From assembly GCA_017883265.1 (NCBI GenBank), contig JADGNX010000003.1:1-59102 (forward strand): DNA of 59,102 bases, read 5' to 3'. Each line of letters begins with the position of its first letter. Position 1 is the stretch's first letter. The notes under the pieces were generated by a model. It worked only from the letters and a program-made list of their open reading frames with translations, was not told where the DNA came from and made no database searches. Origin of the DNA: Thermoanaerobaculia bacterium (GTDB taxonomy: Bacteria > Acidobacteriota > Thermoanaerobaculia > Gp7-AA8). Both the position numbers and the translations under genes were made by a program. Positions 48,413 to 56,375 of this stretch are shown piece by piece.

Positions 48413-48621
48413 GTCCGTGGGCCGATTCTAATGTCTCCGGATGCCCATGCCCCCGGCGTGTTGGGAACGACGTGCGGGACGTCTCCCGGGTCTCGCGCCG
48501 TGATGACGCTTGTCCACTCCGTGCGGAGAGCGGAATCGGAGCAGTTGTTGCGCAGGCGTTTCAGCGCGGCGTTGTGGAACGGGCCTTCCATCTCTACACT
48601 TCTCGCTCGAGGAGAACGACG

Positions 48622-49146
48622 ATGACCGATCCGCGCTATCCAGTCGGGAGGTTTGCCAGGCCCGGTGAGCTGTCGATGGACGATCGAAAGGTGCTCATCG
48701 ATCAGATCGCCGCGGCGCCCGCGGCCCTGAGGGGGGCCGTTGCGGGACTGTCGGCGGCACAGCTTGGAACGCGCTATCGCGAAGGCGGATGGACCGTGCA
48801 GCAGGTGGTTCACCACCTCCCCGACAGTCATATGAATGCGTACACCCGGTTCAAGAAGGCGCTGACCGAGGACAATCCGACCATCAATCCGTTCATGGAA
48901 GACAAATGGGCGGAACTGAGCGATTCGCGCGAGGTTCCGCACGAGGTGTCGCTGACGCTGCTCGACTCCCTTCATACCCGCTGGCTTTCGATCCTCCGAG
49001 CCATGAAGGCCTCGGATTTTGCCAGGACACTCTTCCATCCGGAACATGGACAGATGCGACTCGACGACATGCTCGCGCTCTATTCCTGGCACGGCCGCCA
49101 CCACGTTGCGCAAATCACCTCGCTGCGAGAGAGGGAAGGGTGGTAG
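48622..49146 (+). CDS. YfiT/BstA family (DinB-like) bacillithiol transferase
   Basis: DPRYPVGRF, YREGGWTVQQVVHHLPDSH, YSWHGRHHVA. Confidence 0.88.
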   Translation: MTDPRYPVGRFARPGELSMDDRKVLIDQIAAAPAALRGAVAGLSAAQLGTRYREGGWTVQQVVHHLPDSHMNAYTRFKKALTEDNPTINPFMEDKWAELSDSREVPHEVSLTLLDSLHTRWLSILRAMKASDFARTLFHPEHGQMRLDDMLALYSWHGRHHVAQITSLREREGW

Positions 49147-49156
49147 AAATTGAATC

Positions 49157-49187
49157 AAGAGTGAAGAGTGAAGGGTGAAGCAGAGTG
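49157..49187 (+). repeat. Heptamer tandem repeat (AAGAGTG)n
   Basis: AAGAGTG AAGAGTG AAGGGTG AAG CAGAGTG; same unit as at 44241. Confidence 0.65.
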
Positions 49188-49264
49188 AGGTGTTAGCTTG
49201 TAAAGTGGGCAGTCGATGGAAGGCGTCCGCCGATCTCTTCCATAGCAGCCTTCCACGATAAGTG

Positions 49265-49987
49265 TTACTGCTCCAGGGCGTCGACGATCGCGTTGCCGAT
49301 CTCCTCGTAGCGTCCATCGAAGTGATGCCCTCCCGGCTCCGGGAGCTTTCGAATCAGCTGCGGATCGAGCGTGCGGCAAAGCGAGTCCGGCTCCTTCTCG
49401 CCATACACGCAAAGCATGCGGTAGCCGCGCATCCTCTCGAGCTCCGGCGCCACCGGAAACTGAGCTTCGCGCGGGTGGTAGAACGGGATCCAGCTGGGGT
49501 GATATCGGAAGTCGATGGCCGGCTCGAGACCGAGAAAAGCGACGAGCCGTACGCGTTCGCGGAGGTCGGCTGGAAGGCGGCTGGCCATGAACGGCAGGAT
49601 GTCGGCTCCTCGCGAATAGCCGAGCAGGAGGATCGTGGAGCGATTCCAGCGGAGCATGTACGTCCGAAGGATCCGTTCCAGAGCGCACGCTGATTCTTCC
49701 GCGGTCCGCCTGTCGCGAAAGAAGGCCGGCGTCGAGAAGCCGACAACCGGGATTCCCCGCGCCCGAATGGGGTCGGTCACCTTCGCGTCGATGCGGCGCC
49801 ATCCGCCGTCGCCGGTCAGCATCACCGCAAACGCAGTGTTGGTCGCCCCCGTGGCCGGGAGCTCGACGAGCGGAAGACCGGCGACGTCGGCTCGAGCCGG
49901 GCAAGGCTCAATCGGAGCGCTCTGCGCCGGCGAAGGCGCCGATATGGCAAAAAGCAGGATCGCGCAGATCGGTAGACGGCAATGCAT
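49265..49987 (-). CDS. AcvB/VirJ family aminoacyl-phosphatidylglycerol hydrolase (copy 2)
   Basis: Signal peptide, TGDGGW, GYSRGAD, GGHHFDG. Confidence 0.88.
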   Translation of the reverse strand: MHCRLPICAILLFAISAPSPAQSAPIEPCPARADVAGLPLVELPATGATNTAFAVMLTGDGGWRRIDAKVTDPIRARGIPVVGFSTPAFFRDRRTAEESACALERILRTYMLRWNRSTILLLGYSRGADILPFMASRLPADLRERVRLVAFLGLEPAIDFRYHPSWIPFYHPREAQFPVAPELERMRGYRMLCVYGEKEPDSLCRTLDPQLIRKLPEPGGHHFDGRYEEIGNAIVDALEQ

Positions 49988-50049
49988 GCGGCGAGGAGAA
50001 CCGCTTGCCGGGCACACGTCATCCCGATGGCTGAACGAAGCCGGTGACG

Positions 50050-50745
50050 CTACTCGAGGTGGTCGAGAATGAGTTGAGCCAGCTTCTCGTATCCGCCGTC
50101 GAAGTGATGGGCCCCTTTCAGCGTCTGGATCACCACATTGGGCGCGCTCAGCTGCGGACAAAGCGAATCCTTGTCGTCCTGACCCCAGATGCAGAGGACC
50201 CTCTGCTGAGTGATCTTATCGAGCTCGGGACGAACTGGAAGGCCGACGGCCGCGTCGCGGAGCCAGTCGCTCATGTGAAACTCGAACTGCACCTTTGGAC
50301 TGGGGCCGAGCAACGCGATCAGGCGCACCCGCCCGAGTGCCTCCGGTGGCAATCGATTCGCCATCGCCGGAAGCACATCCGCTCCGCGCGAGTATCCGAT
50401 CAGGATCACGCGGCCTCTCTGCCAGATGGCAGCGTAGTGCTCGATGATGCGCTGCAGGTCGCGGGAGGCGTTTTCGGGAGTGCGCCGGGTCCAGAAATAA
50501 TCGAGCGCGTTCAAGCCGACGACCGGCATGCCTCGATCGGCCAGCACGCGCGCTATCGATCGGTCGATGCTGGCCCAGCCCCCGTCGCCCGAGATGAAGA
50601 TCACAAAAGTGTCCGAAGCTCCCTTGCTGGGAACCTCGATCAGGGGCAGCCCGAGCGCAGCGGCGCCGGTTGCCGCCCCCAACCGCGTGGAGGGAGCGGC
50701 CGCGAGGAGCAACGCCAGTCCGAGGACAGCGACGCGGGGGCTCAC
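50050..50745 (-). CDS. AcvB/VirJ family aminoacyl-phosphatidylglycerol hydrolase (copy 1)
   Basis: Signal peptide, SGDGGW, GYSRGAD, GAHHFDG; GTGA overlap with mprF. Confidence 0.9.
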   Translation of the reverse strand: MSPRVAVLGLALLLAAAPSTRLGAATGAAALGLPLIEVPSKGASDTFVIFISGDGGWASIDRSIARVLADRGMPVVGLNALDYFWTRRTPENASRDLQRIIEHYAAIWQRGRVILIGYSRGADVLPAMANRLPPEALGRVRLIALLGPSPKVQFEFHMSDWLRDAAVGLPVRPELDKITQQRVLCIWGQDDKDSLCPQLSAPNVVIQTLKGAHHFDGGYEKLAQLILDHLE

Positions 50746-53294
50746 TTGGAGACCACTCCGCGGATACCACCGGATATGAGCGCGGCCAGGTTGGTCAGAA
50801 TGATCGGCAGGACGAGTCCGCCGGGGGAGGCCAGATACGTCGGCTCCCAGTGCGGATCGAACTTCTCCTTGTATTGTCGAAGCCCCTGAAAATTGTAGAA
50901 GTTCTCACCAAAGCGATATGTCAGTGCCCCCAGGCGATTCCAGAGAGGTCCCAGCGAGCGATTCTCCAGTCCCGAGAGCGGGGCCATTCCCAGGTTGAAC
51001 CAGCGATAGCCTTCCGCCTTGCCCCATAACATCAGCTCGAGGAACATGTAGTCCATCGTCCCCGAGGGTGCGTCTGGTGTCTGGCGCATGAGGTCGACCG
51101 AAAACTCTTTCTTTTCACCGCCGCACCACAGATTCGCAAAGGCCACGATGCGGTCGCCCCGTTTCACGACGCAGAGCGGAAAGCGGCGTATGTAGTCCTC
51201 GACGAAGAATCCGAGGGAGAAGCCTTTCTCTCGGGTTCTCTTCTCGGCCAGCCAGGCGTCTGAGATCGCCCGGATCTCGGCGAGATGCCCATCGACATCG
51301 GGCTGCGGAATGATCTGAAAGCTGCAACCCTCCGATTCGATCCGACGCTGCAGCTTCCGAAGCCATTTGCGGGATCCGCCCTCCAGGGAAAAGTCGTCCA
51401 GCGGGACGCGTGCTTCCTCGCCGATCTTCTGGATAGCCAGTCCGAGATCGATGTAGTACGGAAGATTATCGCGCTGCACCTCGTAGAAGACAGGCCAGCC
51501 TGCGTGCAGATCGCAGAGCTGTCGGAACTTCCAGATGAGCTCTCTTCTCTCTTCCGACGGACCGACCGGGTCGCCCATGGAGATCCAGCTGCGCCCTTCG
51601 ACCCCGTACATGATGAAAGCACGTCCGCTGTCGCTGAAGAGAAGCGGCTTGTCGCCCAGAAGTGCCAGGGAGGCCGCGCTGCTGGGATCGAAGGCTGCTA
51701 TTTCCTGGGCCCGCTGCAGAACCATGGCGCCGGGCAGGTCCGGATCGGGAGGGCTCGGCCGCAGCAGGCGGGCGATGGCGAAGAAGAGAACCCCGCCGAG
51801 AACACCGACCGATGCGCGGAGAAAACGGGGTGCGTCGCCGCGAAAGCTGAATCGCCACCAGAGATCCTGAGAGTAGTCCACATGCTTGTAGGAGAAGAAA
51901 CCGAGCCACAGCGAGCAGATGAGAACCAATGCGATGGCAGCGATCCATCCAGGGGTGAACGCTTCGCTGAAGAGCTTGGTCCGCCGATAGAAATGCCGCC
52001 GCGAGGCGATGAGCGTCAGCAGCATGACCAGGACAATTCCGGCTTCCTCGAAGTCGAGCCCCTTGAAGAGTTGAAAGACCATGGCCGCGCTGAGCACCAC
52101 GACCGTCAGATGGTATGCAGCATCCAGTCTCCGCTGCAGTCCTCGCGCGAGCAGGAGCAACCCGGCCCCTGCGATGCTGCCGAGAAAGTGGGAGAGCTCG
52201 ACGATTGGCAGGGGAAAGATGTGGCGGAGCTGCGCCGTGCGGCTGTGAATCGTCGGGGTGGCTCCGGAGAAGAGCAGGACAGCGCCGGCAACGAATGTGG
52301 CGAAGGCCAGAATCGTCGGCGTGATCCCCGGTGCCCATCGACCGAAGAGCCGCCCTACGCGAGCCACCCCCTCACGTCGCTCGAGAACCTCGTGCGTCCC
52401 GAGGAGAATCGTCGCAACGATCAGAGGAAAGAGATAGTAGATGGCGCGGAAGGCCAGCAGCGATCCGAGGATTGCCGCCGCCGGGAAATAGGGCGCCAGG
52501 AGCAGCAGCATGAGCGCTTCGAAAACCCCCAGCCCTCCTGGGACGTTGCTGGCGACACCTGCGATCTGAGCGAGGAGAAAGAAGGCCAGAAACCGGATGA
52601 AGGTGAGAGGGAGCGCATCGGGGAGCAGGACATACAACACGCTCGCCGCAATCAGCCAGTCGATCAGAGAGATCGCTGCCTGGCCGATGAAAATCGGGAT
52701 GGTCGGAAGCGGGAACTCCCAACCGCGCACCTGGATCGGCCGGCGGTGGCCGATGATCCACGCTGCGTAAAACACGGGGGGGATGAGCAGCAGCACTCCA
52801 AGGAGCCGGATGGAGGCGAACGGGATGTGGACCGACAGCGGAAGGGGCGGAGGGTGGAGCAGAAAAATGCCCCCGGCGAGCAGAACGAAGCCAAGCCAGA
52901 AACTGATGGCGCAGAATGCGATGACCTTGGCCACGTCGATGGTCGACAGCCGCCATGCGGTGTAAAGGCGATAGCGGAGCGATCCACCGACCAGCCCCGA
53001 CATTCCCATGGTGTTGTTGAACGCGTAGCCGATGAAGGAGGCCAGAGCGATCCGCCCGTAGGCCATCGGCTGCTGGATGTAGCGGAAGGCCAGCGTGTCG
53101 TAACCGGTCATGACCATGTAGCCGCATAGCGTCAGCAGCACCGAAAGCATGAGGCGCTCGGTTCCGATCGTGCCGAGATACGCCATCACCTCGCGGTAGC
53201 GGTACGCAGCCAGAGTGTGCTGGAGGATCCTGAGCGAGATCGCGAAGAGCGCGACGACGATCAGCGGTTTTAGGAAAGGCTGAAGCCGCTTCAT
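50742..53294 (-). CDS. mprF: Bifunctional aminoacyl-phosphatidylglycerol synthase/flippase
   Basis: About 14 TM helices, PGGLGVFE, MGDPVG, KIGEEA, EKGFSLG, DLMR, FNLGMAPLSG, YKEKF. Confidence 0.96.
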   Translation of the reverse strand: MKRLQPFLKPLIVVALFAISLRILQHTLAAYRYREVMAYLGTIGTERLMLSVLLTLCGYMVMTGYDTLAFRYIQQPMAYGRIALASFIGYAFNNTMGMSGLVGGSLRYRLYTAWRLSTIDVAKVIAFCAISFWLGFVLLAGGIFLLHPPPLPLSVHIPFASIRLLGVLLLIPPVFYAAWIIGHRRPIQVRGWEFPLPTIPIFIGQAAISLIDWLIAASVLYVLLPDALPLTFIRFLAFFLLAQIAGVASNVPGGLGVFEALMLLLLAPYFPAAAILGSLLAFRAIYYLFPLIVATILLGTHEVLERREGVARVGRLFGRWAPGITPTILAFATFVAGAVLLFSGATPTIHSRTAQLRHIFPLPIVELSHFLGSIAGAGLLLLARGLQRRLDAAYHLTVVVLSAAMVFQLFKGLDFEEAGIVLVMLLTLIASRRHFYRRTKLFSEAFTPGWIAAIALVLICSLWLGFFSYKHVDYSQDLWWRFSFRGDAPRFLRASVGVLGGVLFFAIARLLRPSPPDPDLPGAMVLQRAQEIAAFDPSSAASLALLGDKPLLFSDSGRAFIMYGVEGRSWISMGDPVGPSEERRELIWKFRQLCDLHAGWPVFYEVQRDNLPYYIDLGLAIQKIGEEARVPLDDFSLEGGSRKWLRKLQRRIESEGCSFQIIPQPDVDGHLAEIRAISDAWLAEKRTREKGFSLGFFVEDYIRRFPLCVVKRGDRIVAFANLWCGGEKKEFSVDLMRQTPDAPSGTMDYMFLELMLWGKAEGYRWFNLGMAPLSGLENRSLGPLWNRLGALTYRFGENFYNFQGLRQYKEKFDPHWEPTYLASPGGLVLPIILTNLAALISGGIRGVVSK

Positions 53295-53418
53295 CCGGTG
53301 AGATTCTATAAGTGAACGGTTCCGCGGGCTGTGACGGGCGTGTCATCAAGGCCGTGATGAGGCAGGAAACTGTGTCGGAGTGCGACGCCTCAGGCCTCAG
53401 GCCGCAGATCCATTGCCA

Positions 53419-53751
53419 TCATCGCCCGACCATCGGCACCGTCTGCGCCTCGGCGCTTCGGCCCACTCCTCGTCCGTCTGCGAGCTCCGGCCAGATCGCT
53501 TCGACCGGTCGCTTCTCACCAGCGGCGAAGCGTGCGTCGATACGCCGCACATAAGCGGTCGGGGCCGAAGTGTAACGAGCCCCCTGGCCTCCTTTGCGTA
53601 GCAACACCTGTTCATGTCCCAGAAGCGTGCGGACGTAGAGCTCTTTCTCGCTCCCGCCCATCCCCTGCCACCCCTCGCGAGAAAGAGGGTGAGGAGCGCA
53701 GGCCACGAGCAGGAGGATCGCAGCCGTCGCCCATGGCCATCGGGCGCTCAT
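53419..53751 (-). CDS. Hypothetical lipoprotein
   Basis: Lipobox LLVAC; ATGA overlap with the nadE stop. Confidence 0.6.
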   Translation of the reverse strand: MSARWPWATAAILLLVACAPHPLSREGWQGMGGSEKELYVRTLLGHEQVLLRKGGQGARYTSAPTAYVRRIDARFAAGEKRPVEAIWPELADGRGVGRSAEAQTVPMVGR

Positions 53752-55403
53752 CGCGGCTGCTCGGAGCGCCAGCGTTGTGCGATCGGCATCTGCCGTCCGC
53801 TGCCGAATGCTGTAGTCGACACCTTGATCGTCGGGGCCGCCTGACGGCGCTTGAATTCGCTGGTGTCGACCATCCGCAGCACCCTCTTCACCAGCTCGCG
53901 ATCGTAGCCGGCCGCTGCGATCTCATCGACCTCCTTCCACTCTTCGATGTACAGCCTGAGGATTCCATCGAGGATGTCGTACGGCGGCAGCGAGTCCTGA
54001 TCGGTCTGGTTAGGCCGCAGCTCCGCGGAAGGCGGCTTGGTAATCGTCGATGGAGGGATGACCGCACCCTTCCGATTCAGCCATTGCGCCACTTTGTAAA
54101 CGGTCGTCTTGTAGAGATCGCCGAGGAGCGAAAGCCCGCCCGCCATGTCGCCATAGAGAGTGCAGTAGCCGACCGCCATCTCCGACTTGTTCCCGGTGCT
54201 GAGGACCATGGCCCCGGTTCTGTTCGACCAGGCCATGAGGATGTTGCCGCGAATCCTGGCCTGCACGTTCTCGTTCGTGACGTCGAAGCGCCGGGTACCG
54301 AAAAGCTGATCGAAGGACGCTTCATACGCGCTGTAAATCGAGTCGATGGGGATGAGGCGGAATTCGATGCCGAGGTTCTCGGCCAGAAGACGGGCGTCGT
54401 CGACGCTGCCCTGCGAAGAGAATCGCGACGGCATGGCGATTCCGGTGACGTGTCCCTCGCCCAGGGCCTCGACAGCGATGGCCGCCGTGACGGCCGAGTC
54501 GATTCCGCCCGAGAGGCCGATGACGACGTCTGTGAAGCCGCATTTGCCGATGTAATCCCGCAGGCCGAGGATCAGGCCCCTGCCGATTTCTTCGTCTTCG
54601 GCCAGCAGCAGCACGGAGTCGCATGGCGATCCGGAAAGGCTGACCAGAGTGCCATCCGATTCAAACGGTCTGGCGCAGTAGATGGTCCGGCCGCTGGCGT
54701 CGATGACGATGCTCGATCCGTCGAAGAGCAACTCGTCGTTTCCTCCGACCTGATTGCAGTAGACCAGCGGCAACCTGTAGCGTCTGGCGATCTCCGAGAA
54801 GAGCTCGTACCGTGTCCGCCGCTTCCCGACGTTGAAGGGAGATGCCGAGATGTTCAGGAGCATCTGACATCCCTTGCCGGCCAGCTGATCGACCGGATTG
54901 TTGCGGTAGAGGCGGCTGCCGCCGATCTCTTCCTGGAACCAGAAATCCTCGCAGATCAGTACGCCGGCCGTTTGCCCGAAAAGCTGAACGGTGTGAACCG
55001 CGGCGGCTGGCTCGAAGTACCGAAGCTCGTCGAAGACGTCGTACGTCGGCAGAAGCGTCTTGTGTTGCTCCAGCAGGACCCTGCCGCGTTGAGCGATGAC
55101 CGCCGAGTTGCGCAACCGTTTCCCATGGGGCTCGCTGTTGCGGGTGACGCAGCCGAAGATCAGAGCGGTCTCGCCGGTCATGGCGGCGAGCGAGTCCCGG
55201 ATGGCCAGATTGGCGTCGACGAACGCGCTGCGGTCGAGGAGGTCGCGCGGCGGGTAGCCGGTGACTGCAAGCTCCGGAACCATGACGATTTCAGCTCCTG
55301 CCCGGGCGCCCTCCGAGTAGGCGCGGCGGATCAACTCGGCGTTTGCCTCGAGAGCCCCGACGGTCGGGTTGAGCTGGCCGAGATAAATCTTCATGTCAGG
55401 CAT
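53748..55403 (-). CDS. nadE: Glutamine-dependent NAD+ synthetase
   Basis: Nitrilase domain (PEL, K..LP.YDVFDE, ICED) plus GLSGGIDS, NVQARIR, KPPSAELRP; start 55403 or 55394. Confidence 0.96.
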   Translation of the reverse strand: MPDMKIYLGQLNPTVGALEANAELIRRAYSEGARAGAEIVMVPELAVTGYPPRDLLDRSAFVDANLAIRDSLAAMTGETALIFGCVTRNSEPHGKRLRNSAVIAQRGRVLLEQHKTLLPTYDVFDELRYFEPAAAVHTVQLFGQTAGVLICEDFWFQEEIGGSRLYRNNPVDQLAGKGCQMLLNISASPFNVGKRRTRYELFSEIARRYRLPLVYCNQVGGNDELLFDGSSIVIDASGRTIYCARPFESDGTLVSLSGSPCDSVLLLAEDEEIGRGLILGLRDYIGKCGFTDVVIGLSGGIDSAVTAAIAVEALGEGHVTGIAMPSRFSSQGSVDDARLLAENLGIEFRLIPIDSIYSAYEASFDQLFGTRRFDVTNENVQARIRGNILMAWSNRTGAMVLSTGNKSEMAVGYCTLYGDMAGGLSLLGDLYKTTVYKVAQWLNRKGAVIPPSTITKPPSAELRPNQTDQDSLPPYDILDGILRLYIEEWKEVDEIAAAGYDRELVKRVLRMVDTSEFKRRQAAPTIKVSTTAFGSGRQMPIAQRWRSEQPR

Positions 55404-55479
55404 CGATTCTAAGCCATGGTGAGAGCGAGTCACGGCTGGGGGGCTCGCTGGTTGCAGCGTTCGCCTCGTTTTTGCAAGG

Positions 55480-56364
55480 ATGATGTGGGACAGCGAGGTG
55501 ACGGGAATGGCCGAGGACGAAGAGTGGAGCACATTGAGTGTCAAGGGGCAGAGTCGTTCCCGCGAGATCGAAGTAATCCGGCACCGGTATCGCGAGCATC
55601 TCGCCGCTTTGCAGCGACTGGCGGCCGACTCGCCTACCGAACGGCTGGCGGGCGAATATCGGCGCCTTCAGGAGGACATTCATCGTTCCATCTCCAAGCT
55701 CGACGAGATCGATGGCAGCGGCCTCGCAGTGGACCCGCGGGTCGACACCGCTGTGGGAAGAGCGACGACGCGCTCAGTCCCGGCGGGAGAGCGGGCCATC
55801 GAACCGGCCGGCTCAATCGATCGCGCCATCTACTCGGATGACGCGACTCGAATCGGTCACGGCGGGCCGGGCTCCGGAGCGCGTGTCATGCTGATTGCCC
55901 TCGTCGGAATCGTCGTCCTGGCCGTCCTCGGATTCTTTGTGTGGCGAGCCTCCTCGCACTCCAAAGAGCCCGATCGCATCGTGGAGGAGCGCACCGCGAC
56001 TGCCGGGACCGTCCACGAAGAACAGCCCGCCGTGGCAGCCACAGCTCCCCCCGAATCGCTGCTCAAGATCGTTCCCGCTTCGGCCGACTACGGCACGATC
56101 CGCAAGGGGACACGCGCCGTCCGCCAGTTCGAGATCACCAACGGAGGAACGGCTCCTCTCCCTATCCGCGCTTCGCGATCGAACTGCCGTTGTCTCTTCT
56201 ACGAATACTCCGGACAGATTGCTCCGAAGAAGAAGGAGAGCATCACCGTCACCATCGATGGAGCCAAAGCGAAACGAGGGCCGCTCGACGAAACGGTTCA
56301 GGTAGCATCGAAGAACGATCAGACGATGACGGCGTCATTCTCAATCCACGCGGTCATCAAGTAG
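55480..56364 (+). CDS. Membrane-anchored protein with C-terminal DUF1573-like Ig domain
   Basis: N-terminal helical region, single TM, DYGTI..FEITNGG..SNCRC..IAP..ITVT. Confidence 0.7.
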   Translation: MMWDSEVTGMAEDEEWSTLSVKGQSRSREIEVIRHRYREHLAALQRLAADSPTERLAGEYRRLQEDIHRSISKLDEIDGSGLAVDPRVDTAVGRATTRSVPAGERAIEPAGSIDRAIYSDDATRIGHGGPGSGARVMLIALVGIVVLAVLGFFVWRASSHSKEPDRIVEERTATAGTVHEEQPAVAATAPPESLLKIVPASADYGTIRKGTRAVRQFEITNGGTAPLPIRASRSNCRCLFYEYSGQIAPKKKESITVTIDGAKAKRGPLDETVQVASKNDQTMTASFSIHAVIK

Positions 56365-56375
56365 TTGGAAGTCCC

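Noticed and set aside
48413-48621. Moco riboswitch upstream of xdhC
   Set aside because: No recognisable consensus; a TAGAAT -10 box lies just before the start, implying a very short leader.
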